A DNA stretch of 60,670 nucleotides, taken from positions 1 through 60,670 of the forward strand of contig CBDTXZ010000001.1 of assembly GCA_965364515.1 (NCBI GenBank), in the 5' to 3' direction. This stretch comes from an uncultured bacterium. GTDB lineage: Bacteria; Actinomycetota; Acidimicrobiia; Spongiisociales; ZC4RG35. The translations under genes were made by a program, and so were the position numbers. Shown here in pieces: positions 9,387 through 19,475 of the stretch. The notes under the pieces were generated by a model, which was given only the letters and a program-made list of their open reading frames with translations, was not told the DNA's origin and did not search any database. Within the stretch, counting starts at the first letter, position 1, and each line of letters starts with the position of its first letter.

Positions 9387-9896
9387 TCAGCGAACGATCT
9401 CGCCGAGCGCGGCGAATCGGAGCATGTGGGCCTGGCCACTATGGAGGGTGTACTCGTGGATCATCTTGATCAGGGTCGCCCCCAGCGGCCTGCCGTGGCC
9501 GAGGCCCACCTCATCGAGTGATTCGATGGCGCCGATCGCGCTGTCGGACCGCTCGATCTCGGCGAGATAGAGCGCAAGATCCTCTTCGATCGTTTCCACC
9601 GAGCCGCCGGCGTAGTCGTCCTCTCCGTACAGCATCCGCCGTTCCCCACCGCCCAGGCCCCAGGCCAGGTAGACGTGTTCCATCTGTTGCATGTGCCGAA
9701 CGAGCCCGAGAACCGAGAGCTCGAGCGGCTCGACCGACCACTGGACGATCTGCTCAGGGGTGAGGTCACGAATCTTCCGGAGAAACTCGTGACGCTGGTA
9801 TCGGAGCCAGTCGACCAGCAGGTCGCGCGTGATCGGCCCCGGATCGGGTTCGGCGGATCTCGTGAAGTCGAGCGATGAGAGCAGGTCGTCAGTCAT
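9387..9896 (-). CDS. DinB-family (DUF664 / mycothiol-transferase-like) protein
   Basis: 169-aa four-helix-type sequence with conserved His positions (VRHMQQMEH, IHEYTLHSGQAHMLR). Convergent with the RecQ gene. Confidence 0.8.
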   Translation of the reverse strand: MTDDLLSSLDFTRSAEPDPGPITRDLLVDWLRYQRHEFLRKIRDLTPEQIVQWSVEPLELSVLGLVRHMQQMEHVYLAWGLGGGERRMLYGEDDYAGGSVETIEEDLALYLAEIERSDSAIGAIESLDEVGLGHGRPLGATLIKMIHEYTLHSGQAHMLRFAALGEIVR

Positions 9897-9986
9897 GCGA
9901 GCGAGTATCGCTCAGAGAGAGCCGGCACGTTGCACGTTCGCAGGTGCGCTTCGCCGTCCGACTGGCGGCTTGGTACCGTCGGCTTC

Positions 9987-10490
9987 ATGAAGATGAACGA
10001 CGACCTCGCAAAGCTGTTCAACGATCAAATCACGATGGAACTCGCTTCCTCGGTTGCCTATCTCCAGATGGCGGCCCATCTCGAGACGGAGGGCCTGACC
10101 GGCATGGGCGGCTGGATGCGGATCCAATCCGACGAGGAGCACGCCCACGCGCTTCGCTTTCTCCAGTTCACGCTCGACCGGGGAAACGACGTGATGATCG
10201 GGGCGATGGAAGCGCCGGTTCGTCCGAACGGATCGGTGGCCGATGTGTTCGATGCCGCACTCGCTCAAGAGGAACGGGTGACCGCTTCGATCTCGGAGAT
10301 GTATGCCACTGCACAGTCCGTCTCCGACGTGCTCGCTCTGCCGTTCCTCCAGGAGTTCCTCACAGAACAGGTCGAAGAGGAAGCGGCGGTCGGCGAGATC
10401 ATCGATCGGCTCCGACTCGCAGGTGACGACGGGCCCAGCTTGCTCCAACTCGACCGCGAGTTGGGCTCGAGGCGCCCGGAAGAGGAGTGA
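9987..10490 (+). CDS. Ferritin (non-haem, Ftn type)
   Basis: ATG 9987 (MKMNDDLAKLFNDQITMELASSVAYLQMAAH...EEHAHALRF) with ferroxidase-centre Glu/His pattern. Confidence 0.9.
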   Translation: MKMNDDLAKLFNDQITMELASSVAYLQMAAHLETEGLTGMGGWMRIQSDEEHAHALRFLQFTLDRGNDVMIGAMEAPVRPNGSVADVFDAALAQEERVTASISEMYATAQSVSDVLALPFLQEFLTEQVEEEAAVGEIIDRLRLAGDDGPSLLQLDRELGSRRPEEE

Positions 10491-10539
10491 CGGCAGCTGA
10501 GCGTCGCTATGGTCGGAGCAAGCCATCAGGGAACCACAC

Positions 10540-10884
10540 GTGACAGTCCACATCGACCGATCCGACCGTAATTCACCGTTGGTCACCGTCTTGCGGCGGA
10601 TGGAGGCCGATGGTGTCGAGTTGAGTGAGATGGCGGCCAGGGTCCGGAGGCGCCCCGGAACGGTGCGCCGGCTGCTGGAACACGGTGACCGCCTCGGGAG
10701 CACCTCACACGCAGCGCCCAACGATCCACTGCGCCCGATCGAGCGGGTCGTGATCGACGCCATCGGCGACGGACAGAACTACGGGATGATCGCCAGTCGC
10801 ATCGGCCGGAGCGGTCGGCAGACCAGGCGGATCGCGGCCTATGCCCGGTTCAAGCTCGACGGTGGCCCGCTCGTCGTCGATTGA
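10540..10884 (+). CDS. Hypothetical small protein with two HTH-like segments
   Basis: GTG-start ORF with coding-like third-position G/C. GVELSEMAARVRRRPGTVRRLL and NYGMIASRIGRSGRQTRRIAAYA resemble sigma region 4 / LuxR-type helices. Confidence 0.5.
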   Translation: MTVHIDRSDRNSPLVTVLRRMEADGVELSEMAARVRRRPGTVRRLLEHGDRLGSTSHAAPNDPLRPIERVVIDAIGDGQNYGMIASRIGRSGRQTRRIAAYARFKLDGGPLVVD

Positions 10885-11101
10885 GCCGGGCCCAGAATGA
10901 CGCCTCGCTGATTCGCATCGGACCGACCACATCCCCCGAGGGCCTTCGGCATGCCCGACTCTCCGAGGCTCCGCGGGCCTGCTTTCGTGTGCGGGCCGGT
11001 GGCGGCGGCGTGGGCCTGTATGAGGACCATGGCTGACGATGTGCTCTCAGCCGAACCGGCATGCACGACTTCGATCGATCGCTGAGGGCCCACCGCTCGG
11101 T

Positions 11102-11130
11102 TTGCGGTCTGGAGAAGAGATTCGTACACT
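11102..11130 (+). promoter_or_regulatory. Candidate sigma-70-type promoter for the S10 operon (TTGCGG-17 nt-TACACT)
   Basis: Hexamers read directly. It lies about 250 nt upstream of rpsJ in a 493-nt non-coding gap. Confidence 0.3.
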
Positions 11131-11249
11131 CTGATCCGCACTGCGCAAACCTGCGCATGCGACCCCAACACAAGTTTGGCCGGGTCGCTCTGCGCGTCGA
11201 GAGACGGAACAGAGTTCGTAACCCGGCACCTCGCGGCCAAACCCGCGAT

Positions 11250-11377
11250 GTACCCGTCGAACCACACGGTTCGGGACGGGGTACCTCTCGCCAGGTGGTC
11301 GGTGGGCATCGGATCCGACGTCCGATGCTGCCTGCTACCTCGCGCACGTACCCGCAAGCGAAAGTAGACAAGGCAGC
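11250..11377 (+). promoter_or_regulatory. Structured 5' leader of rpsJ (S10-leader-like hairpins, the last one sequestering the SD region)
   Basis: Hairpins at 11250-11284 (GTACCCGTCGAACC/GGTTCGGGACGGGGTAC) and 11306-11328 (GCATCGGA/TCCGATGC). GCTGCCTGCTAC can pair with GTAGACAAGGCAGC directly before the ATG. Confidence 0.4.
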
Positions 11378-11695
11378 ATGGCTGACAACGACGACCAGAA
11401 GATCCGCATCCGGCTCAAGGCGTACGACCATCAGGTCGTCGACGAGTCGGCGCGCAAGATCGCCGAGACGGTGATTCGCACGCAGGCGAGGATCAAGGGC
11501 CCCGTTCCCCTTCCCACCGACATCCACCGGTACTGCGTCATCCGCGGACCGCATGTCGACAAGGACTCCCGCGAGCACTTCGAGCTGCGGATCCACAAGC
11601 GGCTGATCGACATTCTCGAGCCCACCCCGAAGACGGTCGACTCGCTGATGCGACTCGATCTTCCCGCCGGTGTCGAAGTGGAGATCAAGCTGTGA
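11378..11695 (+). CDS. rpsJ: 30S ribosomal protein S10
   Basis: [11 protein letters not shown]...[14 protein letters not shown]-type sequence. First gene of the S10 operon order. Confidence 0.97.
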   Translation: MADNDDQKIRIRLKAYDHQVVDESARKIAETVIRTQARIKGPVPLPTDIHRYCVIRGPHVDKDSREHFELRIHKRLIDILEPTPKTVDSLMRLDLPAGVEVEIKL

Positions 11696-11697
11696 TG

Positions 11698-11732
11698 ACG
11701 CCACACGCCGCACGCCGCACGCCACACGCCAT
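11698..11732. repeat. Five tandem ACGCCNN heptads (ACGCCAC ACGCCGC ACGCCGC ACGCCAC ACGCCAT) in the rpsJ-rplC spacer
   Basis: Read directly. The array starts 3 nt after the rpsJ stop and ends at the GGAGG SD of rplC. Confidence 0.95.
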
Positions 11733-11744
11733 GGAGGTCTCGTC

Positions 11745-12539
11745 ATGAGCGATCAGGCAACCAAGGAAGAGGCCACCGAAGAGGTGACCGAGGAAGAAGT
11801 CGTAGCCGACGAGTCCTCTGAAGAGGTGCCGTCCGACGACGCTGCTGCCGAGGAGGCCGCCGAGGAAACCGTCGAGGAGTCGGCCGATTCGCTGGTCGAG
11901 CTCACCGCCATCGTCGGTGAGAAGCTCGGCATGACACAGGTGTTCACAGAGGACGCCAGGGCCGTTCCCGTCACCGTGATCAAGGCAGGGCCCTGCTACG
12001 TCACGCAGGTCAAGACCGAGGGCGTCGACGGCTACAACGCGATTCAGATCAGCTTCGGGGGAGTCAAGCCGAACCGGGTGAACAAGCCGGATGCCGGCCA
12101 CTTCGCCAAGGCCGGCGTTGCCCCCGCCCGTCACCTCGTGGAGGTCAAGGTCGACTCGACCGACGGATACGAGGTCGGTCAGGCCATCGATCTCGGCGCC
12201 TCGTTCGCCAAGGGAGCTCGGGCCGACGTGACCGGCGTCTCGAAGGGCAAGGGCTTCCAGGGTGTCATGAAGCGTCACAACTTCAAGGGTCAGGGAGCCA
12301 GCCACGGAAACCACAAGAAGCATCGCGCCCCGGGGTCCATCGGTGCCTGCGCAACGCCTTCTCGGGTGTTCAAAGGCATGAAGATGGCCGGCCGGATGGG
12401 CGGCGATCGCACCACGATCCTCAATCTCGAGATCGTCGACGTCGACACCAAGAACGGACTGCTCGTTCTCGGTGGTGCCGTCCCCGGTCCCAAGGGATCG
12501 GTCGTGGTCGTACGAGGGGCGGTGAAGTCACGTGCCTGA
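11745..12539 (+). CDS. rplC: 50S ribosomal protein L3 with an acidic N-terminal extension of about 50 aa
   Basis: ATG 11745 preceded by GGAGG. The conserved core [10 protein letters not shown] starts near residue 57. The upstream part of ORF 11670.. is read-through of the repeat array. Confidence 0.93.
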   Translation: MSDQATKEEATEEVTEEEVVADESSEEVPSDDAAAEEAAEETVEESADSLVELTAIVGEKLGMTQVFTEDARAVPVTVIKAGPCYVTQVKTEGVDGYNAIQISFGGVKPNRVNKPDAGHFAKAGVAPARHLVEVKVDSTDGYEVGQAIDLGASFAKGARADVTGVSKGKGFQGVMKRHNFKGQGASHGNHKKHRAPGSIGACATPSRVFKGMKMAGRMGGDRTTILNLEIVDVDTKNGLLVLGGAVPGPKGSVVVVRGAVKSRA

Positions 12540-13224
12540 GATCAAAGCACCACTGTTCAGCATCGACGGCAAGTCCAAGGGTGAGATCACCCTGGACTCC
12601 GAGATCTTCGGCATCGAGCCGAATGTCCCCGTCATCCATCAGGTCGTCACTGCCCAACTCGCAGGGCGCCGCCGGGGAACCCACTCGACCAAGACCCGCG
12701 CCGAGGTGCGTGGTGGAGGCCGGAAGCCGTGGCGTCAGAAAGGACTCGGACGGGCCCGTCAGGGCTCCATCCGGTCTCCGCAATGGGTCGGAGGCGGCAT
12801 CGCCCACGGCCCCAAGCCGCGGGACTACGCCCAGCGGACACCCAAGAAGATGAAGCGACTCGCGCTGCGCTCTGCCCTCTCGGCCAGGGCCTCGGAGTCG
12901 GCGGTCAAGGTCGTCGAGGATTTCTCCTGGGACACGCCGAAGACGAAGGCCGCCGCCCAGCTGCTCGGCCAGATCGGCGCACAGGGCAAGGTGCTCGTCG
13001 TGCTCGACAGGAGCGACGTGAACGCTCAGCGGGCATTCCGCAACATCCCGACGGTGCGGCTCGCCGAGGCCGGTCATGTCACCACCTACGACGTGATGTG
13101 GGCCGAGGACCTGGTCTTCAGCACTTCGACGATCAACTCGCTGGCGAATCCTGCCGGTTTCGAAGTCAGCGAATCCGACTTCGTCAAGGAAGAGGCAGTC
13201 AGCGCGCAGGGAGGTGAGGGCTGA
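12532..13224 (+). CDS. rplD: 50S ribosomal protein L4
   Basis: GTG start overlapping the rplC stop. [25 protein letters not shown] motif. Confidence 0.96.
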   Translation: MPEIKAPLFSIDGKSKGEITLDSEIFGIEPNVPVIHQVVTAQLAGRRRGTHSTKTRAEVRGGGRKPWRQKGLGRARQGSIRSPQWVGGGIAHGPKPRDYAQRTPKKMKRLALRSALSARASESAVKVVEDFSWDTPKTKAAAQLLGQIGAQGKVLVVLDRSDVNAQRAFRNIPTVRLAEAGHVTTYDVMWAEDLVFSTSTINSLANPAGFEVSESDFVKEEAVSAQGGEG

Positions 13225-13514
13225 TGGCCAAGAACCCTCGAGACATCATCATCGAGCCGGTCGTGTCGGAGAAGTCGTACGACCTCATCGAACACCAGAA
13301 CACCTACACGTTCCTCGTCGACCCGCGGTCGAACAAGACCGAGGTCAAGCAGGCCATCCAGGCGATCTTCGACGTGGACGTGCTCAGGGTCAACACCCAG
13401 AACCGCCAGGGCAAGGTGAAGCGCACGGGCTACCAGCTCGGTAAGCGCAAGAACGTCAAGCGTGCCCTGGTGACCCTCGCCGAGGGCCAGTCGATCGATC
13501 TGTTCGGAGTTTGA
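13224..13514 (+). CDS. rplW: 50S ribosomal protein L23
   Basis: ATGA overlap with rplD. Conserved [11 protein letters not shown]...YTFLVD sequence. Confidence 0.96.
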   Translation: MAKNPRDIIIEPVVSEKSYDLIEHQNTYTFLVDPRSNKTEVKQAIQAIFDVDVLRVNTQNRQGKVKRTGYQLGKRKNVKRALVTLAEGQSIDLFGV

Positions 13515-13515
13515 G

Positions 13516-14352
13516 ATGGCAGTGAAGAAGAGAAAGCCGACGTCGCCAGGACGCCGTTTCCAGACGGTGTCGGACTTCGCAGACATCACCAAGGGCAACG
13601 ACCCGGAGAAGTCCCTGCTCGCCAAGAAGTCGGCCACCGGCGGTCGCAACGTCAACGGACGGGTCACCTCCCGTCACAAGGGCGGCGGCCACAAGCAGAA
13701 GTACCGCATCATCGACTTCCGGCGCAACAAGGACGATGTTCCGGCCAAGGTCGCCTCGATCGAGTACGACCCGAACCGCAACGCCCGCATCGCCCTGCTC
13801 CACTACGTGGACGGCGAGAAGCGCTACATCCTCGCCCCGGTCGGGATCGAGATCGGCCAGATGGTCGAATCCGGCCCCGGGGCCGACATCAAGCCGGGCA
13901 ACGCACTGCCGCTCCGCAACATCCCCGCAGGTACCACGGTGCATGCAATCGAGATGCGACCCGGCGGCGGCGCCAAGCTGGCCCGCTCGGCCGGCACCAG
14001 CACCCAGCTCATGTCGAAAGAGAACAACATGGCGCTTCTCCGGCTCCCGTCGGGTGAGATGCGTCAGGTTCCGCTCGACTGCCGGGCCACGGTCGGTCAG
14101 GTCGGAAACACCGAGGCCGAGCTCATCAGCCTCGGCAAGGCGGGTCGTAACCGCTGGAAGGGTGTCCGACCCCAGACCCGCGGCGTCGCAATGAACCCCG
14201 TCGACCACCCCCTCGGTGGTGGCGAAGGCAAGTCCGCAGGTGGACGCCATCCGGTGAGCCCATGGGGCAAGCCCGAAGGTCGCACCCGCAAGAAGAAGAA
14301 CCCGTCGAACAAGTACATCGTTCGTCGCCGCAACGCCAAGGGCCGGAGGTAA
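13516..14352 (+). CDS. rplB: 50S ribosomal protein L2
   Basis: [18 protein letters not shown] and [13 protein letters not shown] motifs. Confidence 0.98.
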   Translation: MAVKKRKPTSPGRRFQTVSDFADITKGNDPEKSLLAKKSATGGRNVNGRVTSRHKGGGHKQKYRIIDFRRNKDDVPAKVASIEYDPNRNARIALLHYVDGEKRYILAPVGIEIGQMVESGPGADIKPGNALPLRNIPAGTTVHAIEMRPGGGAKLARSAGTSTQLMSKENNMALLRLPSGEMRQVPLDCRATVGQVGNTEAELISLGKAGRNRWKGVRPQTRGVAMNPVDHPLGGGEGKSAGGRHPVSPWGKPEGRTRKKKNPSNKYIVRRRNAKGRR

Positions 14353-14355
14353 CAC

Positions 14356-14637
14356 GTGGCTCGCAGTCTGAAGAAGGGCCCTTTCGTCGACGATCACCTG
14401 ATCGAGAAGGTCGAAGCCCTCAACTCCAAGAACGAAAAGCGCGTGATCCGCACCTGGAGCCGCCGGTCCACGATCGTGCCCGAGATGATCGGTCACACGA
14501 TCGGCGTCCACGACGGTCGCAAGCACATCCCGGTGTACATCACCGAGTCCATGGTCGGTCACAAGCTCGGAGAGTTCGCTCCGACCAGGACCTTCCGCGG
14601 CCACGTCGCCAAGAAGGACAAGGCGGTCCGGCGATGA
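14356..14637 (+). CDS. rpsS: 30S ribosomal protein S19
   Basis: GTG start. [10 protein letters not shown]...GVHDGRKH motif. Confidence 0.97.
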   Translation: MARSLKKGPFVDDHLIEKVEALNSKNEKRVIRTWSRRSTIVPEMIGHTIGVHDGRKHIPVYITESMVGHKLGEFAPTRTFRGHVAKKDKAVRR

Positions 14638-14990
14638 AGGTGAAAGCACAGGCCAAGTACATCCGCGAGTCACCGTTCAAGGTGCGTCGGGTGCTCGACA
14701 TGGTTCGGGGTATGCCCGTCGAGGAGGCCCAGGTGGTGCTCTCGCACCTCAACCGGGGTGCCTCCGAGCCCGTCTCCAAGGTGCTCAAGTCGGCGATCGC
14801 CAACGCAGAGCACAACTTCGCGCTCGACGCAGAGGACCTGATCGTCGCCGAGGCATATGCCGACGAAGGGCCGACACTGCGCCGATTCCGGCCGAGGGCG
14901 CGTGGCCGAGCCACCCGCATCGACAAGCGAACCAGCCACATCACGATCGTCGTAGGCGACGGTCTCGAAGACACCCGGGAGGTGAACTGA
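14634..14990 (+). CDS. rplV: 50S ribosomal protein L22
   Basis: ATG 14634 overlaps the rpsS stop (ATGA). [22 protein letters not shown] motif. The upstream part of ORF 14262.. is out-of-context overlap. Confidence 0.96.
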   Translation: MKVKAQAKYIRESPFKVRRVLDMVRGMPVEEAQVVLSHLNRGASEPVSKVLKSAIANAEHNFALDAEDLIVAEAYADEGPTLRRFRPRARGRATRIDKRTSHITIVVGDGLEDTREVN

Positions 14991-16210
14991 TGGGTCAGAA
15001 AATTCATCCATATTCCTTCCGGATCGGGGTCATCTACGACTGGAAGTCGAAGTGGTACTCCGACAAGGACTACGTGGAGCTCGTCAACGAAGACGCCAAG
15101 ATCCGCGACTGGCTGCGTGAGGAGATGCGCCGCGGTGCGATCTCGCGTATCGACATCGAGCGCACCCGTGACCGGGTCGTCGTCGAGATCCACACCGGCC
15201 GTCCCGGCGTGGTGATCGGTCGGCGCGGCTCGGAGGCCGAGCGTCTCCGCGGGATCCTCGAGAAGATGGCGTCCAAGCCCGTCAAGTTGAACATCATCGA
15301 AGTGAAGGACGCCGAGACCGACGCCCAGCTTCTCGCCCAGGGCATCTCCGACCAGCTCGAGAATCGCGTGGCGTTCCGTCGTGCCATGAAGCGTGCCGTG
15401 ACGACCGCGATGAAGTCCGGCGCACAGGGTGTCCGGGTCGAGTGCAAGGGTCGTCTCGGCGGCGCCGAGATGGGCCGCCGTGAGTGGTATCGCGAAGGCC
15501 GAGTGCCGCTGCACACCCTCCGCGCCGACATCGACTACGGCACCGCCACCGCCCGCACGACCGTGGGCGCCATCGGCATCAAGGTGTGGGTCTACAAGGG
15601 TGACGTCGTTCCCGGCGCCACCGATGCCCAGAAGATCGCAGCCGAGGCAGCACTCGCCAGCGGCGGTCCGGCTTCCCGGGGCCGTTCGGCCCCCGCCAAG
15701 GCGGTCGCCGAGCAGGCTGCCGGCGAGTCCAAGGTGCCCCGCCTCATCGAGGCCGGCGGCGGCAAGCGGCTCGTCGAGGCCGGCGGCGGCAAGCGTGAAG
15801 GCGGCAAGCGCCTCATCGAGGCGGGCGGCGGACGCCGTCCCAGCGCCGAGGAGGCCGAAGCCCAGTACCGCGAGGAGCGGGAGGTCATCGAGGGTGCCGA
15901 AGAGGCATTGCCCGATGTCGCCGAAGACGTCGAGGTGCAGGCCGAGGACGCCCCCGAGGGTGTCACCGTGTCCGAGGCACCGACCGATCCCGACGCCACG
16001 ACACCTGCAGAGGTCGAGGCGGCCATCGAGGACGTGGCGAAGGCCGAGGCCGACGTCACCGAGGACCCGACGACGCTCGCCGCAGACGTGATCGCCGACA
16101 ACGAGCGGATCGCAGCGGAGAACGCCGAAGCCTCCGGAGAGACCCCGGCCGAGGCCGAGATCGCCGAGGAACTGGCCGATGACGACGCCGATTCCGGTGA
16201 AGAGGAGTAG
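14990..16210 (+). CDS. rpsC: 30S ribosomal protein S3 with a low-complexity C-terminal extension of about 200 aa
   Basis: [13 protein letters not shown]...[31 protein letters not shown] core (about 205 aa), then an Ala/Gly/Lys repeat region and an acidic tail in the same frame. Confidence 0.95.
   Translation: MGQKIHPYSFRIGVIYDWKSKWYSDKDYVELVNEDAKIRDWLREEMRRGAISRIDIERTRDRVVVEIHTGRPGVVIGRRGSEAERLRGILEKMASKPVKLNIIEVKDAETDAQLLAQGISDQLENRVAFRRAMKRAVTTAMKSGAQGVRVECKGRLGGAEMGRREWYREGRVPLHTLRADIDYGTATARTTVGAIGIKVWVYKGDVVPGATDAQKIAAEAALASGGPASRGRSAPAKAVAEQAAGESKVPRLIEAGGGKRLVEAGGGKREGGKRLIEAGGGRRPSAEEAEAQYREEREVIEGAEEALPDVAEDVEVQAEDAPEGVTVSEAPTDPDATTPAEVEAAIEDVAKAEADVTEDPTTLAADVIADNERIAAENAEASGETPAEAEIAEELADDDADSGEEE
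15743..15838 (+). repeat. In-frame 27-bp tandem repeats inside the rpsC extension, encoding L[IV]EAGGGKR
   Basis: CTCATCGAGGCCGGCGGCGGCAAGCGG at 15743, a near-identical copy at 15770, a 15-nt partial copy at 15797, and a third copy at 15812. Confidence 0.9.
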
Positions 16211-16216
16211 AGCCCG

Positions 16217-16630
16217 ATGTTGATGCCAAAGCGTGTCAAGCACCGCAAGGTGCACAGAGGCCGCCGTCGCGGTGTTGCCAAAGGTGGGACCGAGGTGAAC
16301 TTCGGCGAGTACGGAATCCAGGCGCTCGAAGAGGCGTGGATCACCAGCCGCCAGATCGAGTCCGCCCGTATCGCCATCACTCGAGCGGTCAAGCGCGGCG
16401 GGAAGGTGTGGATCAACATCTTCCCGGACAAGCCCGTGACTCAGAAACCCGCCGAGACCCGCATGGGCTCGGGCAAGGGGAACCCGGAGTTCTGGGTTGC
16501 CGTGGTCAAGCCCGGGCGAGTCATGTTCGAACTCGGTGGTGTCGACGAGGAGCTGGCCCGAGAAGCCATGCGCAAAGCCGGCCACAAGCTGCCCGTCAAG
16601 ACCCGATTCGTGAAGCGGGAGGAACTGTGA
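16217..16630 (+). CDS. rplP: 50S ribosomal protein L16
   Basis: [16 protein letters not shown]... motif; position in operon. Confidence 0.97.
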   Translation: MLMPKRVKHRKVHRGRRRGVAKGGTEVNFGEYGIQALEEAWITSRQIESARIAITRAVKRGGKVWINIFPDKPVTQKPAETRMGSGKGNPEFWVAVVKPGRVMFELGGVDEELAREAMRKAGHKLPVKTRFVKREEL

Positions 16631-16854
16631 GCGTCACACACCTGCGCGATCTCGCGCACGACGAATTGATCGAGCTGCGCGACGAGGCCAAAGAGGAACT
16701 CTTCAACCTCAGATTCCAGCTGGCGACGAACCAGCTCGACAACTCCGCTCGTATCAAGGCGGTCAAGAAGGAAATCGCCAGGATCAACACCGTGATCCGG
16801 CAACAGGAAATCGAAGCGTGGCATGCACAGCAGGCCGCAGGGAAGGAAGCGTGA
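16627..16854 (+). CDS. rpmC: 50S ribosomal protein L29
   Basis: GTG 16627 overlaps the rplP stop (GTGA). [23 protein letters not shown] motif. Confidence 0.93.
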   Translation: MSVTHLRDLAHDELIELRDEAKEELFNLRFQLATNQLDNSARIKAVKKEIARINTVIRQQEIEAWHAQQAAGKEA

Positions 16855-17111
16855 TGGAGGAGCGAGCAAGACGCAAACTGCGCGTCGGCGTCGTGATCTC
16901 CGATGCGCGTGACAAGACCGTGACGGTCGAAGTGCCGACCTCGTCGAAGCATCCTCGCTACGACAAGATCGTTCGACGCAGCTCGAAGTTCCACGCGCAC
17001 GATGAGAACAACGACGCCAACCTCGGCGACACGGTCCGGATCATGGAGACCAAGCCGATCTCGAAGCAGAAGCGCTGGCGGGTCGTCGAGATCGTGGAGC
17101 GTGCCCGATGA
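16854..17111 (+). CDS. rpsQ: 30S ribosomal protein S17
   Basis: ATG 16854 overlaps the rpmC stop. [21 protein letters not shown]...HPRYDKI motif. Confidence 0.95.
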   Translation: MEERARRKLRVGVVISDARDKTVTVEVPTSSKHPRYDKIVRRSSKFHAHDENNDANLGDTVRIMETKPISKQKRWRVVEIVERAR

Positions 17112-17479
17112 TCCAGCAGGAGAGCCGGCTGAAGGTCGCCGACAACTCCGGTGCCCGCGAGGTGCTCTGCATCCGCGTGCTCGGTGGTTCGCGGCGCCGC
17201 TACGCCGGCGTCGGTGACGTGATCGTCGCCGCCGTCAAGGACGCCACCCCCGGTGGCAACGTGAAGAAGGGTGAGGTCGTGAAGGCCGTCGTCGTTCGAA
17301 CCAAGAAGGCCAGCCGTCGACCAGACGGTACCTACATCCGATTCGACGACAACGCCTGCGTGATCATCAACGCCGAGAACCTGCAGCCGCGCGGAACCCG
17401 CATCTTTGGTCCCGTCGCCCGTGAGCTGCGCGACCGCAAATTCATGCGGATCGTCTCGCTCGCCCCGGAGGTGCTCTGA
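17108..17479 (+). CDS. rplN: 50S ribosomal protein L14
   Basis: [27 protein letters not shown] motif. Confidence 0.98.
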   Translation: MIQQESRLKVADNSGAREVLCIRVLGGSRRRYAGVGDVIVAAVKDATPGGNVKKGEVVKAVVVRTKKASRRPDGTYIRFDDNACVIINAENLQPRGTRIFGPVARELRDRKFMRIVSLAPEVL

Positions 17480-17784
17480 TGAAACTCAAGACAGGTGACA
17501 AGGTGATGGTGATCTCGGGCAAGGACGCCGGGACGGAATCCGTCATCGAGCGGGTCTATCCCGACGAAGGACGGGTCCTGGTCGAGGGAGTCAACACCGC
17601 CAAGAAGCATCAGAAGCCGCTTGGTCAGCAGAACCAGGGAGGGATCATCGATCGGGACATGCCGATCGACGCCTCCAACGTGATGATCATGTGCCCCAAG
17701 TGCGGTCCCACCCGGATCGGCCATCGCTTCGACGACAAGGGCAAGCATCGTGTCTGCGCCAAGTGCGGAGGTGATCTCAGATGA
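17479..17784 (+). CDS. rplX: 50S ribosomal protein L24
   Basis: [18 protein letters not shown] (KOW motif); overlapping start/stop. Confidence 0.96.
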   Translation: MKLKTGDKVMVISGKDAGTESVIERVYPDEGRVLVEGVNTAKKHQKPLGQQNQGGIIDRDMPIDASNVMIMCPKCGPTRIGHRFDDKGKHRVCAKCGGDLR

Positions 17785-18341
17785 CCGCTCCACGTCTCAA
17801 GACCCGCTACCACGAAGAGATCAAGGCGAAGCTCGCCTCCGATCTCGGCCTGGAGAACCCGATGGAAGTGCCACGGCTCGAGAAGATCGTGGTGAACATG
17901 GGGATCGGCGAGGCCGTTGCCGATCGCAAGCAGATCGAACAGGCCGTCAGCGAGCTCTCGACCATCTCGGGTCAGAAGCCGCGTGTGAACACCGCCCGCA
18001 AGTCCATCGCCGGTTTCAAACTCCGCGAAGGTCAGGCCGTGGGTGTGTCCGTCACGCTGCGGGGCGACCGGATGTGGGAGTTCTTCGATCGGCTGCTGGC
18101 AGTCGCCATCCCCCGTATCCGTGACTTCCGGGGGTTGAACCCCAGGTCGTTCGACGGTCGGGGCAACTACACATTCGGTGTCAATGAGCAGTTGATCTTC
18201 CCGGAGATCGACTACGACGACGTCTCGGTCACCCGAGGCATGGACATCACGATCGTGACCACCGCCGAAACCAACGAAGCCGGACGGGCGCTGCTCGATG
18301 CGTTCGGGTTCCCGTTCCGCAAGACCGCCGTTCAGGTGTAA
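17781..18341 (+). CDS. rplE: 50S ribosomal protein L5
   Basis: [15 protein letters not shown]...[19 protein letters not shown] motif. Confidence 0.98.
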   Translation: MTAPRLKTRYHEEIKAKLASDLGLENPMEVPRLEKIVVNMGIGEAVADRKQIEQAVSELSTISGQKPRVNTARKSIAGFKLREGQAVGVSVTLRGDRMWEFFDRLLAVAIPRIRDFRGLNPRSFDGRGNYTFGVNEQLIFPEIDYDDVSVTRGMDITIVTTAETNEAGRALLDAFGFPFRKTAVQV

Positions 18342-18353
18342 GGAGGTTCGACT

Positions 18354-18539
18354 GTGGCCAAGAAATCGATGATCGCCAAGGCGAACAGGAAGCCGAAGTT
18401 CAAGGTGCGCGGGTACAACCGCTGCAAGCGTTGTGGTCGCCCACGTGGCTATCTGCGTGACTTCGGGATGTGTCGTATCTGTGTGCGTGAGCTCGCCAGC
18501 CGCGGCGAGCTCCCCGGTGTCAGAAAGGCTTCGTGGTAA
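18354..18539 (+). CDS. rpsN: 30S ribosomal protein S14, type Z (zinc-binding, 61 aa)
   Basis: [23 protein letters not shown] CxxC...CxxC motif; position between rplE and rpsH. Confidence 0.97.
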   Translation: MAKKSMIAKANRKPKFKVRGYNRCKRCGRPRGYLRDFGMCRICVRELASRGELPGVRKASW

Positions 18540-18541
18540 TC

Positions 18542-18937
18542 ATGATGACCGATCCAATCGCCGACATGCTGACCCGTGTGCGCAACGCTGCTGCCGTCGG
18601 GCACAAGCGGGTCGTGCTCCCGTCGTCGAAGATGAAAGAGTCCCTCGCCGAGATTCTCGTGTCCGAGGGTTACATCGACCGCTACGAGGTCAAGGAGGCG
18701 GGCTCCGGCAAGGAGCTCACCCTCGTGATGCGTTACGGCGATCGCCGCATGCCGGCGATCACCGGAGTGAACCGGGTCTCCAAGCCCGGTCACCGCATCT
18801 ACCGGGGAGCCGCAGAGATTCCCCGGGTCCAGGGCGGACTCGGCGTTGCCGTCGTGTCCACCTCCCAGGGACTCCTCCCCGACCGCGAAGCGCGTCGTCG
18901 CCGTCTCGGCGGCGAGATCGTGTGCGAGGTCTGGTGA
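18542..18937 (+). CDS. rpsH: 30S ribosomal protein S8
   Basis: MMTDPIADMLTRVRNA motif. ATG 18542 is preferred over the upstream GTG 18533, which overlaps rpsN. Confidence 0.96.
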   Translation: MMTDPIADMLTRVRNAAAVGHKRVVLPSSKMKESLAEILVSEGYIDRYEVKEAGSGKELTLVMRYGDRRMPAITGVNRVSKPGHRIYRGAAEIPRVQGGLGVAVVSTSQGLLPDREARRRRLGGEIVCEVW

Positions 18938-18938
18938 C

Positions 18939-19475
18939 ATGAGCAGAATCGGAAAGATGCCCGTCACGGTGCCCTCCGGCGTGTCCATCGATATCGATGG
19001 TCGAAGCGTCAAGGTCAAGGGCCCCAAAGGCGAGCTCAACAGGGATTTTCACGAGCGGGTTTCGATCAAGCTCGACGAGGGCGACGCCGTCGTCGAGAGA
19101 CTCGACGACACCCGTGAGAGCCGGGCCCTCCACGGGCTGAGCCGTGCGCTCCTCGCCAACATGGTCGAGGGAGTGTCCGAAGGCTTCAAGAAGGAGCTGG
19201 AAGTGGTCGGGGTCGGCTATCGGGCCGCATTGAAGGGTCGTGACCTGGAGATGCAGCTGGGGTTCAGTCACCCGGTGAGCTTTGCGGCCCCCGAGGGAAT
19301 CACGTTCGAAGTCCCGGAGGCGACGAAGATCGTCATCACCGGGATCGACAAGGAGCTGGTCGGCCAGGTTGCGGCGAACATCCGCAAGATCCGACCCCCG
19401 GAGCCGTACAAGGGCAAGGGCGTCCGGTACTCCGGAGAGCACATCCGTCGCAAGGCAGGAAAGGCAGGTAGATGA
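18939..19475 (+). CDS. rplF: 50S ribosomal protein L6
   Basis: ATG 18939 ([15 protein letters not shown]...) inside the longer ORF 18846... Confidence 0.97.
   Translation: MSRIGKMPVTVPSGVSIDIDGRSVKVKGPKGELNRDFHERVSIKLDEGDAVVERLDDTRESRALHGLSRALLANMVEGVSEGFKKELEVVGVGYRAALKGRDLEMQLGFSHPVSFAAPEGITFEVPEATKIVITGIDKELVGQVAANIRKIRPPEPYKGKGVRYSGEHIRRKAGKAGR

Noticed and set aside
10850-11746. 298-aa minus-strand ORF across the rpsJ leader and rpsJ
   Set aside because: It is antisense to rpsJ and extends through a region better explained as a structured 5' leader. Its composition is typical of non-coding GC-rich frames.
14540-16585. 681-aa ORF on the minus strand spanning rplV, rpsC and rplP
   Set aside because: It is antisense to three unmistakable ribosomal protein genes. 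Its product is Gly/Ala/Leu/Asp-rich low-complexity sequence. Stop-free antisense frames are expected at this GC content.
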